A stretch of 58,386 nucleotides of DNA, filler included, from Sphacelaria rigidula (GCA_964200075.2; 10 parts of 10 records of this genome joined end to end with filler, not necessarily neighbours in it); one strand, 5' to 3'; positions 1 through 12,530 are shown, counted from the whole stretch's first letter. Program-made: numbers and translations. The notes: generated by a model from the sequence alone, not told the origin.

Positions 1-38
1 CATTAGGCCGACAAAAACGTCACTGGGCACCATCGCTG
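1..38. mobile_element. Right terminal arm of the MITE family seen complete at 44322-44589
   Basis: cattaggccgacaaaaacgtcactgggcaccatcgctg aligns to catttggccgccaaaaacgtcattgggcacagtcactg (about 44552-44589). Confidence 0.7.
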
Positions 39-1114
39 AAAGTGTGGGGAAGGCACTGTTTTAGGCTTGAACCTCATCTCGAAGTGAAACCTCAATTCGC
101 ACAATTTGTTTTTTTGTGTGTGTATGTTGTACTTCGATGGACAGCTATAGGTTGTGTGGTGTGCCCACGTGAGAGCTTGGTTTCGCTGGAACTTATGGCA
201 TGCCCTGGCTCTCGTGAGACCCCAGCCAATTCATTAGCTACTCCAGCACCTTAACAGTTGACTGTGAAAACTCGAGCATCACTCAATTTCATTGTTCCAC
301 GGAAATCCTACTCACTGTATCTAAACCCAGGAAGAACGCGTTTGCCGAGTTCTGTGTTAGACGCATGTTGTGCCCTACAAATGCGGGGCTCTATCTATGA
401 CTACCGGTCTCAGACAGCTCCCCTATGCAGCGTCGACATGATGGACGGACTTCGACAGGTGAGGTTCGATTCAGGGTGCATGCCACATATCGGTAAACTG
501 GAATGTTCGGTACATTGATCTACCCGGGAGGTGAATAAGTCAGCGCTGATTGGATTGTGTAGTAGGCTGTTCAATCTAAAGAAAAAAAACACATTTCAGG
601 TCGAATATTCTCGGTCGCGACTCCAAGGCACACGCGGCCATTTGGCTACCCCCTTAACAAACTTCTATCGCGATTTTCCTCCTCTCGAGGGTAAAGTGAC
701 CCTCCAGAGAATAAAAATACCCTCTACAGGATATTCCATACTCAGATCCGGTCATGGACTTAACCCTCTGGAGGGCATCTGATGCTTCTTTGACTTCTGA
801 GGTTTGAATCCTTCCATAGAGTACCAAAAATGTGGTGCACTGGAGCACGTGGGTTTCGTGAATGTCCCTTAGAGGGAAATATGAGCATCGTCCCTCTAAA
901 GGAGGGACCGACTATGACTTCCAGGGCATTTGTTGCGACTCCGGAAAACATAGCCGTGCAGTATCCTCCAGCGTGTAAATCTACAGTTACTTGTGCACTC
1001 GTGTCCTAACTGCTTCCAGGGCACCTTTGGGACCCCAGCAATCTTGTGGTATGGACCATCACGCCAGATATATATGTATCACCCGCCGTTCGCAGACTGA
1101 ACCATGCAAACTCA

Positions 1115-1440
1115 ACAACACTCATTCCCAGCTACCACCACAACGCTGCAGTAAAGAGCATGAGTTGGGCACAGGGATGTAGATACACACTGCCGTAGGT
1201 GTTGTATGGTGTATTTCTTGTAGGTGGAGGTTGAAACTTGAGCAGTTTCTTCCGTGGTCGCGCGGCGCAGGAACAACGCGGGGTAGGGTGCGGGCAATAA
1301 CTGGCGGCATATTGCATACACACTGACGGACGCCGCGCAGGTAGGCAAAGCTGCGCACACTGTGCAGGTCCTTCTCACGTCGCACTGTAGGGGGGGAACA
1401 TGTATGTAGTCCTGCGCTGTCTGTACTGTACTTTGTCCGC
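1115..1440 (+). repeat. Unclassified interspersed repeat (second copy about 42730-43030)
   Basis: Shared colinear blocks, e.g. cagctac..caac.ctgcag..agagc..gagt..gcacagggat and gtcctt.tcacgtcgca.tgt...tgtagtcctgcgctgtctgtact. Confidence 0.75.
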
Positions 1441-2671
1441 TTCCCTTTCACGTCCTACTCACTTCAGCTGTGTGCATGCCGGAAAAATGGGTGTCGTGAT
1501 GTATACTCAGTAGCTGACTGTATATGACACCTCCATGCATCCAACGGTACAGGCATCCACTGAGTCTAGCCATACGTAGCGTATATGCCGCGGTAACTCT
1601 GCAATATATGGCACCGCACGTATGTAAGTATGGCACTGTCCTGCACGTTATTGTACAGTTCAGTACAGCACCAAACCATGCTTATTGTTGTGATCGTCAT
1701 ATCGTCATCAACGTACAAAATAAATCGCGAGCATAATTTTCCGCGTGTTCAATCGAAAAAATGCTTTGGTCATGAAATGGTAGACTCGGGACTACGGGGT
1801 TTCAGAACCTGTATGTATACATGTGTGGGGTTTATACAGGCATCGTAACACAACCACCAGCAAAAGCTGTACACAGCGCAGCCGTGTGGACATACACTCG
1901 CAATCAGTGTATGGAATTTGTAACCAGCCGAGGTGGTTGAAGAATTCAATCCCCTCGCCCAATTGATACATGAATTGGGGGGCAATAGGATGAGTATTCA
2001 ACAATTTCTGCTGCCTTTCGAATCTCATCCGCTGATACGGTGCAGTATGGGGGATTTGAACAGCAGAAGCTGCTCGTGAATAAGTTAATTGTTTGTCCAA
2101 TTTCAGGCATTGGGGGGCAAGATGGGGATTTATATCTGTCAAGTGGTTGAAGGATTGCCACCGTAGCTGCCAAGGGCAGGAAGGTGATGACGGTCGTCCA
2201 AGGTTCGATGACTTTTCAATTGTAATGCTTGCTAAAGCTGATGTACTTTCAACTGGCGGGAGTTATTAAACAGACATGAACAAAGAGAATTGAGCAGGAC
2301 AGGATAATATGGCACACTCAGGGGAGACTCACGTGTAGTCGCTTTGATCCTGAGGCTCAATCACCACCTAAGGGTATAGCTGAAGTTCATCAGACGCTGG
2401 GCGAGGTGTCGATCAGTCCTCTACTTTACTGCTGGAGCCTTGGGGCGATGAGAGCGTGGGACCACGGGAGATTCAGTGCGAGGAATTCATCGTCGTCGAT
2501 CCTAAAACATGTCTTCACTCACGTCATAAATCAACCGCTATCCAATCTCCAAATAAGCTTACGTATATATCTACCGTTGAACCCTGATAAATCCACGTCA
2601 TCCAACACGATAGCGACCAGCGACGCACGTATCAACCCAGCAGCTGGCGGGTGATTGATCCATATGCGACT

Positions 2672-2950
2672 TGCAGAGTAGTCCACCTCCAGTACACGTA
2701 CGTGCAGCTTCATGATGATATACAAGTGGAACAATCTGCTGTAGGCGATTTCTATTGATTGACGGACTTGCGGGTCTGATCGGCAGAATATGTGGATTTG
2801 AACATCACATGCTTCACGCGTGTGTTTACTTCCGATAACGAAGACTGTATGTTTGTGAACAACAACTGTCTTGAAGTCTCTAAGCCCTAGTGAGGGAGAA
2901 AGCCCTTGGAGAAGTCTTGGGACCTTGTTTTGAGCCCAGGAGGGCTCTAA
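2672..2950 (+). repeat. 5' LTR, 3' part missing
   Basis: Reverse-complement match over about 280 bp to 8475-8750; begins TG; lies upstream of gag. Confidence 0.8.
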
Positions 2951-3062
2951 AATAACCGTTTATTAAGAGGAACCCGCTGGTTTCTGAAGTAGGTTTTGTA
3001 GCTGTGGGCAGCTGCGGAGAAATTATATCAAAACTTTTACAAAGGAGTGTGCACTCTGTAAC

Positions 3063-4240
3063 GTGAGGGAGCTTGCTGACAACAGAGAGACGGCTAGGTT
3101 GGCTGAACTGTTGCGTGCAGCTATCGCAGCGCGCAAGAAAGTGGGTGATGGCGATGCAGGCGAAGAGGTGAAGTTTGATTTAACTGAGCTTATGCCTGCA
3201 GGATCGCTGAAAGCCCCAGAATACGGACGGCATATCAGCGAAAATGCGCCCCGACGTTTTTATCAGAAATACGTCGAGTATGAGGAGGCCGTCAAGGTGA
3301 ACAATAAGGGGCGTAGCATGCAGGGCATCTTATTGACTGTTACTGAACTGGTGCCGAAGCACATTCGTGCGTGTCTGTCACGCACGATTTTTTACGGATC
3401 CGTGCTTGCCGAAGATGATCTCAAGGGAGCACTAGGCCGACCTGCAAAATGTTGGGAGGATGAAGAGATCGATCCTTCGGTTGCTGCCGCTGATGTGCGG
3501 GAAGCGTTGCAGTGGGAGGAGTAGAAGGCAGTGGGGTGCCCTGGAGGATTTTGCGGAAAATGCTAGCGCCGAGCGTGCGTTCCGCGATTATGCAACTTTC
3601 AAACCAGGACCCGCTCGAATCATAACGCGGGAAATGTTGAATGGACTCACCCCCCCCCCCCACCCCACCCCCCCGAATTCAAACCCAAAGTCCTCAACAT
3701 GTTGAACATAAAGGGGCGATGGAAGGAGGACCCTGAGCTTGGGTATAACACGATTCGGGAAGCAGCGGGGGCATGGAAGACGGTGGAAGCGGCGGATAAG
3801 CAGCGCCGTCAGCAGCCGCAGCTGAAACACACGAGTGACAGCGGGACTTCCGGAAGCAAGCGCCAACCGAATGGTGGAAAAACGGCGAGCGGTTGAAGTG
3901 GGACTGTCAGTTTCGGAAAACCCGCAAACCAGGTCCAAACTATGTAGGATGTTTCATATGTGAAGAAAAGGGCCATTTCCGGAAGGATTGCAAGCAGTAA
4001 GGCCAGGCTGCTGCTACACAACGTGGTGACGGTGGGCAGACGAAGGCTGGCGACAAGCAGCAACAATAACAGCAGCTATTGCAGGGCCCTGAACAGGTGC
4101 CTAGCGGAGGGGGCACGAATCCCGCCCCTACAAGGGCTGTATTTTCAGCCGATAGACAAAGTTCTCCCAGCGGGGGGGGGGGGTTGCCACCAGAACCGGT
4201 CGCTTCTACTGGTGGCGTACAGTAGACCACGCCATCGCAC
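3063..4240 (+). pseudogene. gag: Gypsy gag with stops and frameshifts
   Basis: ORF pieces 3063-3524 and 3699-3896; intact zinc knuckle CFICEEKGHFRKDC (CX2CX4HX4C) at 3950-3991, in a frame not in the ORF track. Confidence 0.8.
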
Positions 4241-4243
4241 TCG

Positions 4244-5690
4244 TTGCCGGGTTCGAAATCTGAGGCGGTGCCAGCATGGAGATCGCTCAAAGCGGGTGAG
4301 GTGTCAGATTTTCAATCTGAGGGTCTGCAAGTGAATAACAAGGATAGGTGGTGTCTTGCCGACTTGTCTGTCCCGAGTGCACGTACAAATGGTGTTTGTC
4401 CAGTCACGGCTATTTTAGATTCAAGATCTGGATTTACGACCATGTCAGCTGGTGTGGCGGCAAAATTACATGCCATTGTTTCATATGTTCAAGTGGTGAG
4501 ACCGATGGCTGGTGAACAGTCGGGGAAATTGGCTAATAGCAATGTTGAGCGCGTGAAGCAGAAACGTTGCCCTGTCCACAACGCTTTGCACACCAGCTGG
4601 GGTCCGGTCGCGTTGGACCCATGCTCCTATGCGGTCATGCCGAGTACCGATGATGTCATAATCATGGGGAGCCCTATGCTAGAGGAGCTTGGCATCGACG
4701 TGTACAATAGTTTAGGTGCCTGTGCGCGGGCGAGAAACACTTCGGTGCGTGGTGTAGACACGCATGAGTTCAAAAATTGTCGACGTATCAACATAGCGGT
4801 TGAGGCTCTACAGCACCAAGGTGATCGGGAGGAGCCCGTGGATCCCTCAGTCGAGCGGCTGGTGTCGCGCGGTCCGGAGATGAGTATGGCCCCCGAACAA
4901 GAGCTGGCTGAGCGTAAGGTCGCGCTGGAGGAGGCGGTACTAGCAGCTGCCAAAAATGGCATGTCCGAGAGCGGCGTGGGCAAGCTTCGCGAGCTTGTAA
5001 ACCGCCGTGCTAATGCTTTTCGGCGAGCGCTACGTGGTAATCCGCCCGCTCGTGTCGAGCCTCTCACGGTGACATTTAAACCTGGTGCTGCGGTGGTCAA
5101 GGCTAGGCCGCGAGCATACTCTCCGGTTAGGATGATATGGTTGGCACGTTACATGGCGACGTTGGTGGCGCTCAGGCTCGTGTTTCGCAGTTTGCAAGCA
5201 GTATGGGCGAGCGCGGCTGTTGCAACGCCTAAAAAAGGCGGTTTCAGACTGGTGAGTGATTACCGAGCCGTTAATGAGCAGATTGAGAAAGTGCCGACTG
5301 TGATGCCAAACCAAGAACCGGAGTTCTCAACGCTACGGGGTATTTTCAGGGCACTATGCCGAAGCCATTCACTGGACTTCCATGTAAGGTGTGGGTAGAT
5401 GACACCTTGTCGTGGAGGCGAATGAAGATGACTTGCTGTGCACACTGAATGCGATTTTAAGCCGCGTCGAGGATGCTGATTGTTTTGCGGCTGCGTTAAA
5501 TGATACGCAAATTGCGTGTTGTGAAAAGGTTCTCTTGGGTGGGTAGGTGGCTCACGGCAGGAAGCGGCTGAGCGGTTTGGCGAATATGAGGCGTCCTCAA
5601 ACCGCGGGCGAGTTGTTGCAATTTTTGCAAGCGGTGAATTGGCTGCCGACGTCTCTTCCGCGCCTTGCTGAAGTGGTGGATGTTGGAATA
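4244..5690 (+). pseudogene. pol: Gypsy pol: aspartic protease plus RT fragments
   Basis: AILDSRSG (D-S-G site mutated); PPARVEPL..KARPRAYSP..WASAAVATPKKGGFRLVSDYRAVN; later MRRPQTAGELLQFLQAVNW (RT thumb). RT core is broken by deletions. Confidence 0.88.
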
Positions 5691-5749
5691 ATTCGTGGTC
5701 GTGGCACTGTCCTTGCGACAGACCAACTACTGTTCAGCGAACAGTAGTG

Positions 5750-5849
5750 NNNNNNNNNNNNNNNNNNNNNNNNNNNNNNNNNNNNNNNNNNNNTTAATTA
5801 ATTAANNNNNNNNNNNNNNNNNNNNNNNNNNNNNNNNNNNNNNNNNNNN
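5750..5849. other. Artificial contig spacer N44-TTAATTAATTAA-N44
   Basis: Exactly 100 bp; the 12-mer gives stops in all six frames; identical at all nine junctions. Confidence 0.98.
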
Positions 5850-6034
5850 AGTTGCTTAGCCCTTGGACCGCGGTGCCCGTAGCCCATCTGGACCACGCGT
5901 GTACTTTTTCCAAGTGAATATTGATGCCGATTCAGCAGGTGACCTACTCTTGCGGTCTGACGGTCAAGTCTTCCTGCGAAGTTTGGGGGGGAAAGATACG
6001 TTCGCTCTGTGTTACTCTTTCGTATCTTCCCTGC

Positions 6035-6100
6035 AATAGAGAAATGCGACTCCAGCCCCATTTTAGTGCTGAACCCCAAAATGTAAAATCGGCTGTTATC
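6035..6100 (+). repeat. Short interspersed repeat (second copy 17548-17610)
   Basis: agagaaatgc.act.ca.cccca..ttt.gt..tgaaccccaaaat.taaaatcggctgtta present in both contigs. Confidence 0.7.
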
Positions 6101-6829
6101 ACTTGACCTTGGGTTCACAACATCACCATTTTTGTTTTTCGGAGAACGCCGCCAAAATTGATGTTGTGAAATCCCGCTCCCGATACCACTTCATTAGTGG
6201 CCGGACAAATATTTTGTGGGAATGTGCCTTTGTCGCCTCCGCCGTCGTTTTTACCCGGAAATAGGATCAGGCGAGTGTTGACAAGCCGGAATGGGTTGTC
6301 TCATGCGTGTACACCATGCCAGAGCACTTTCATGACCTCCGTATCACGTTTTCCTTTGGGCGAACCCGCATCATGAAGAAGAGGGGCGCTGATGCGAAAA
6401 ATAAAAAAACAAACCTCAGCACCTTCGGGCTTCCTGCGCGTCATACTCATGTTTCTGGCGAAAGTTGCGTTTAGTAAGAAGGTGTCAAATTGTCAAAATA
6501 AGGACAGTTGTGTCGCTTTTTTTTCTGTTTTCGACCTGGCCATTAATTACTGAAAATGAAAGTCCGGGCGGAAATGACCCTGTGACGTACGGAAGACGGG
6601 AAGGCGCTGTCGAACGATATCATCGAACACATGTAGGCACTCAGACTGATGAACATCCGCCGTAACCTCGTTCTCGGGCAAAAATACGACAGAGAATGGA
6701 AGGAAAGGGTCTTGCCGAGAGGATATTCTTTCGAGACATAAGACGTGGCAAGAGTATATATTTTGGGTTTGGGTAAAATGAGTTGAAAAAAATAAGTAGG
6801 CGTTCGTCAACCCCCACTTTCGTGGCAGC

Positions 6830-7600
6830 ATCTACTCCAGCATTCCCGCTGATCATACACTTCCGACATCGGCGCGCCAGTTGGCATGTATGTGGTGCCT
6901 CAGTCTGCAATGTGCACTACCGTCAACTCCATCGAAACCAGAAAGCATGGGAAGGCCAGGTGCCCAACAAAACTCGCTACGCGCACGCAGGCCCTCCCGT
7001 CGTTGGCGTCTTACCCGACGGCGGGTAGCTGAAGGGGCTGCGGATGGTACGAGAGTACAGTAACTCACCGCGTCTTCAATATGCGGCGCAATCGCAACTC
7101 ATGTATCTTTCGACTGTTGTGTACAGCATTTTACTAATTTTGAAGCGTTTCTTTGCTTATGCATTTCTCCACCGGACCTTGATGATCAAGCACGAAACTT
7201 AGCACAGAGGTAGACCACAACACAGACAGCATATACCCAGGTCGGCAGCGCGTTTCACCCGGTGCGCTAGACAAACGAAGCGAACATGGATTTCGGGTGA
7301 TCCCGTCTTTTCGCCCTCAGCACGGAGTCCCCTCGGCCCAGATTGCGTGAGACGTCAGTGGATTCATATGTTTTCACGCCGGTGCGCTCACTTCCACATC
7401 ATGATCTCCTCAGCGGCTTCTACGTCGTCAAAGAAACATCGATCTGTTTGAGGCACCCTGTGGATTATGACATTCTGCGCGGTACAAATCTTGGTGTCGC
7501 CTGTAGAGGAGTCTATTTCAGGAGGCGCAGCCGTGCACGCCCTGATAGCGCTTTTCCGCGCTGAAACTTCGACAGCATGTCAAGTACACTACAGACAACC
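6830..7600 (-). pseudogene. Decayed intron-containing gene with a possible SWIM zinc finger (MULE-transposase-like)
   Basis: Candidate 45-nt exon 7113-7069 (acaacag|...|gtgagt) reads ERYMSCDCAAY*RR. The next exon from 6904 (ttgcag|) gives D-C-R-H only after a 1-nt repair, so two repairs are needed. Confidence 0.28.
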
Positions 7601-8381
7601 ACCTCATGATGCTGGATTTCGGTCCGTGCAGTGCACCACTGCGTACTACGGCGAAAAGAGGTCGGATTATGTTCCGAATAAATTGTTTTTTATTTTTTTG
7701 GCGGAAGACTGTCGTTCACTGAGATACAGAGACATGGGTGGTGCACACGGAGCACCTGTTGACGTTGAAGGAATCAGGGGAAGGACGAAGGGACGGTTGC
7801 GGAAAGTGCAGCGAGGGAAGTACGGAAGGAAGAATAGTTGAACCGTGAGCGAATGCGTGACCAACGGGTGTTGGAAGCGATAATGTCAAGTGGTTGGAAA
7901 TAGCAAGAAGCTGGATAATAGGTTGCTTTCGGTACTCACGTTACGAGCTGAGCTAGTCCGAAGCATTTTTGGGCGATTGACCGCCTTTGCACGGCCGGGT
8001 TAAGAGTCGAAAGCTGAAGTATGAGGGGTACTCCTTGATGACCTTACCGTGGTAAAACCACGGGCATGTTAGTGATTGTGGCATTTTATACAATCAAATT
8101 TCGAGTATAGGACCGAGGCAAACAAGCAAGTACAGCATGTAGAAGTGAGTTGTATTGCGTAAACAAAAAAAGGTGGGAGGTCCTCTTCTAGCTAACCGTC
8201 CTTCTTGTGTGTTGAATCGTGGGCTAAATTTGAATGGTTCCACCTCCTATGGGAAAGTACACTGAACACATGCATCAATTGGACTGGGAACTGGACCAGT
8301 TAATATTGTCTATTCCACTGTAACTGGAGGTGAACCGGAAATGGCTACGAGGGTGCCAGTTGTTCAGTTTGTCTGGGGTTT

Positions 8382-8750
8382 TGTCGTGACCTGGTACTTT
8401 TATAATAGTTTGCATCACGATGGGTTTATAACAAAGAAACGCTATATATAATTAGACTGTACAATTGAAGTCTCTAAAGCCCTCCTGGACTCAGAACAAG
8501 GTCACAAGATTGCTCCAAGGGCTTCCTCCCTCACTAGGGCCTGGAGACTTCGAGGCAGTTGTCATTCATAAACACAGCCTTCGTTATCGGAAGTAACCAC
8601 ATGCGTGAAGCATGTGATGTTCAAATCCACAGAGTCTGCCGATCAGACCCGCAAGTCCGTCAACCAATAGAAAGCGCCTACAGCAGATTGTTCCACTTGT
8701 ACATCATCATGAACCTGCACGTACGTGTACTGGAGGTGGACTACTCTACA
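8382..8750 (-). repeat. 3' LTR (about 369 bp, TGT...ACA)
   Basis: Minus strand starts TGTAGAGTAG at 8750 right after ttttggggggtgc (PPT-like); probable end CACGACA at 8382; homologous to 2672-2950. The distal end is inferred. Confidence 0.7.
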
Positions 8751-9673
8751 GCACCCCCCAAAACTCCGCACTACTCGAAGTAGAAAGCGAGTTTTACAAA
8801 CAGTAGACACCGACAAACACGTTCATGCTACCTTTGTCCGCCTGTTGGTGACACATGACCATGCTATGTCATGTTCACAAAGAAAATGATCATTCGCATA
8901 ACGGTGAACAACGATACTTGAACACAGCGTCTCAATCGAATTTAGTGAAGTCAATAATTCATTCAACAGCAATTTCTAGTCGTGGCATGCTCACACAAAG
9001 CAAACGCGCCGAGGAAAGTACCATTTCAAACCGTAGCATTCAATTATACCATGCACTCAAAGCTTGATACCGTACTTTGCCTACAACCGTGCCCGCACCG
9101 TTTGACTCAGTTCCAACTGACGCAGCTCAGAACAAATATGCGGTGCTCCTTCCAGAAAAAATGGGCACACCATCCACACTCTCTGTTTTGTAGATGCGAA
9201 ACACCATCTATGCGCTTATCCAAACACATGACAAGCCATCAAAGATGTGCCACAGTAAAATATTACTGTATTCGCGCACGATTTTATCGTCAACCTCTGG
9301 AAATACTCACGTTATACTTGTTCACATACAAGCCTACGTATTTCGTAGTTTCCGCTCATTTTCACGCCAGCAGCAGCAATCACCACCTCCTACAGGCAGT
9401 TTCTGCAAACCGCACAAAGATGATTCCACTTTTTGCGCGAACAATAATATACGAGCTTTATTTCATATCAGCACACAGCAGTGTATTGGAAACTGCCTCA
9501 CTCTGACTCTTCACCAGACACCATGCACATCAGTCACACACACCTGCATGCTCATATTTTACTTAGCAGCGTCTTTGCAGAAACCACCATGTATCATGCG
9601 TGCCAACCAGCGCAACACAACAGACAGGTCCAGGAACCATACCACCACCACCTACAATCGTCCACAAAATGAT

Positions 9674-11515
9674 TCAGGTATACAAGTCACAATGTGCTTC
9701 CTCATTCTCAACAAGCAATTCCACTAGTACTTGCTCCTTAACATCACCCAACCCGGTGCTCACCGCAACATGAAGCACCTCAGGTAATGCCTGCCTTGTA
9801 ATTCTCCTGCGCTCCTCCTGAGAAACAGCAGCTCTCCGGCTACAATCTCGTCCACACCGCAGAGTAGCGTTTCCACTCCAACAGTCCCTCCTCGCATCAT
9901 AGATGCAGCTACAGCTCTCACAGCTGTCCCGAAAACCAGTGTGCAATGCCAACTGCACGGCAGGTACCAAACCCACCCAGGCGTTGGCATCGAGTCTTCC
10001 TCTCTGAATTATGACCTTCAAGGCACGAACAATGTCACGCACTATTCGCTCACATTCACGATGTGACAACTGCGAGTTGGCCACCACGAATCTGCGATCC
10101 ATCAGCACCTTCGTGAGCACTCTCACCACACGACTCTCATATTGCGATACCGTATCGCTAACCCATCCCTCCTGCGGCCCCAGCGCTTTGCACCATGTCA
10201 ACAGGTGCTTCACCGTCGTTGCCGCCGTACAAGACTCAGCGGGCTACAACCGCACGAAGTCGCCCGGATCATCCATCCTTACCAATATGTACTTGAACCG
10301 ATCTCCTTTGTCCAAGCCATTATCTCCCAGCGGACCACCCTCGCCAACACTGAGAAAATTGAAATGAAAAACCTTTTCTGGATGAACACCATGCACCACA
10401 TCCCTGTGGTGACGGGGAACTCCCTCCCCCGCCTTGTATGCGTTCATCCAGCGAAAACAGGACTTCTCGGGCGTTGCAATCGCCGCTCTCGCCCACTCTA
10501 CCTGCGAACTGCAGTACACGAGCCCGAGCGTCACCAATGTTGCGATGCAGCGTGCCAACCACGCCATCCTGACCGGAAAGTACGCCCTCGGCCGAGCCTT
10601 TGCCTCCACAGCAGCAGGTTTGAATTTCACCTTCAAGGGCTCGACGCGATCAGGCGGATAACCATGCAGCACTCGCCTAAAAATGCTCGCTCTGTTCCGT
10701 ACAGGCTCACGAATTTGGCTCACGTCGCTATCCGATATGCCGTTACCCGCGGCGGCTTGTACTGCCTCCTCCGGCGCAACATCAAGCTCAGCAAGCTCTT
10801 GTTCCGGGGATATGCTCATCGCCGGACTTCTCGACAACAACCGCTCGACGAAGGAAAAAACGGGCTCTGCCCGGCCTCCTGGTTGCGGTAAAGCGTCAAC
10901 CGTGGTACTGGCACGCCGACAGTCCGTAAAACCAGGCGTGTTCACACCTCGCACCGAAGTGTTTCTTGCACGTGCACAGGCACCTAAACTACTGTACACG
11001 TCAATGCCCAGCGCCTCCAGCGTAAAGCTCCCCATGATGATCACATCATCGGTACCCGGCATGACCGCATATGAACATGGGTCCAATACAACCGGACCCC
11101 AGCTGGTGTGCAAAGCGATGCGGACAGGGCAATTTGTCTGCTTCACGCGCTCAACATTGCCATTTGCCAATTTCACCAACTGTTCACCAGCCATTGGTCT
11201 CACCACATGGACATCTGGAACCATGGTTTGCAATTTCGCCGCCACACCAGCTAACATGGTCGTAAGTCCAGATCCTGAATCTAAAATAGCCGTGACCGGA
11301 CAAACACCCTTTTCCCCTGCACTCGGGACAGACAAGTCGGCAAGACACCACCTTTCCTTGTGATCTACTTGCAGACCCTCAGATTGAAAACCTGACACCT
11401 CACCCGCTTTGAGCGATCGCCATGCTGGCACCGCCGCAGAGTTCGAACCCGGGAACGAGTGCGATGAGATGGTCTGCTGCACGCCACCAGTAGAAGCGAC
11501 CGGTTCTGGTGGCAA
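9674..11515 (-). pseudogene. pol: Gypsy pol lacking the RT core and RNase H
   Basis: ORF 10244-11515 is closely similar to 4244-5398 up to FRWMNAYKA, then jumps in frame to integrase; ORF 9674-10213 is the integrase core remnant. Confidence 0.85.
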
Positions 11516-11598
11516 CGTCGCCCCCCCGCTGGGAGCACTTTGTCCATCGGCTGAAAAGACAGCCCTTGTAGGAGCGGGACTCGTGCCCCCTCCGCGAG

Positions 11599-11698
11599 NN
11601 NNNNNNNNNNNNNNNNNNNNNNNNNNNNNNNNNNNNNNNNNNTTAATTAATTAANNNNNNNNNNNNNNNNNNNNNNNNNNNNNNNNNNNNNNNNNNNN
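11599..11698. other. Artificial contig spacer
   Basis: N44-TTAATTAATTAA-N44. Confidence 0.98.
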
Positions 11699-12530
11699 CT
11701 GTAAGCACACGCAAGTGGTGGAGGTAAAGAAAAGCACACGTGAAATAAAAAAATGACTCACTTATAGCGAATTATCAAAGCCACTCTCGATTGTATCATC
11801 TACTCTTAATCTCACGAAAACACTGTTTACGGAACACGTAACAAAGCATTCTGAAAACATACTTCTTTGAACTAGTCATCGAGTTTTCGAGCGCCTCTTG
11901 TTAAGTATCTGAGAGAGACTTCATACTGTTGCGCCAGCGACGACCGTCGTCAGCAAAACGATCCAATGCGGCGGCACACGCCAGCGATCTTTGAAACGCA
12001 GCATCATTCAGCAGTCTGCTGAGATATACCATCACCAGAGTACAGCATCACCACAGTACAGTGGTCAGTTGGATCAAATGGGTGCCCCACGATAAAGCTG
12101 CAGACACACACAACGGGGGTAAGGGCTAGTCCCACGCTTAGGGTTGTTTCGCCAGTAGTGCCCATGCGAGGCGCTTCATCCAGTCTGAACCAGCTATCAC
12201 GTTGTATGGCCACCTCCGCCGTGGCTGTGTTGAGAACCTGTTTTACGGTGAGGTCATTGAACAATACTATTGTAGTGCAACGCGCTTGGAAAATCCGAGC
12301 CGTTTTTTTTAATTCAGAATCCGCGGCAGCTGTAGTTTGAAAACCCCTTTTGACGGTCCCAAACGGGATCTGATGTAGTGACGAAAAGCGCTGGTACTCT
12401 CCCCCTCAGATGGGATTTGTGACAACTGTGGGGGTATTTGGTGAACATCGCTCGGAATGAAACATGTAGAAGAGTATTCGGGGGTATCATAGTGCACCTT
12501 TTGCTGTTCAAAATCGAAATTTCACACATG
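11699..12530 (-). repeat. Unclassified coding-like repeat family X, copy 1
   Basis: About 11830-12426 is the reverse complement of 39317-39920; 12428-12520 matches 39122-39215 directly; 11699-11825 matches 55923-56046. Confidence 0.85.

Larger units (their letters stand above)
2672..5749 (+). mobile_element. Degenerate Ty3/Gypsy LTR retrotransposon (partial 5' LTR, gag, protease, deleted RT), truncated by contig end
   Basis: LTR starting TGCAGAGTAG at 2672; gag fragments; CCHC knuckle; protease ILDSRSG; RT N-terminus; same family as 8382-11598. Confidence 0.88.
8382..11598 (-). mobile_element. Ty3/Gypsy internal-deletion derivative (protease, RT N-terminus, integrase, PPT, 3' LTR)
   Basis: ILDSGSG protease; integrase motifs FHFNFL..YILVRMDD, WCKALG..WVSD, ERIVRDIVRALK..WVGLVPAVQLAL; G-rich tract before the LTR. 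Confidence 0.88.

Noticed and set aside
5794..5805. Regularly spaced TTAATTAATTAA motif about every 5.85 kb
   Set aside because: Synthetic six-frame-stop linker embedded in N runs.
10142..11363. Long plus-strand ORFs (249 aa and 226 aa) as extra genes
   Set aside because: Antisense shadows of the Gypsy pol frame; the same applies to 4627-5100.
2672..11598. One large inverted-repeat element formed by the two Gypsy copies
   Set aside because: The copies lie on different contigs separated by an artificial spacer.
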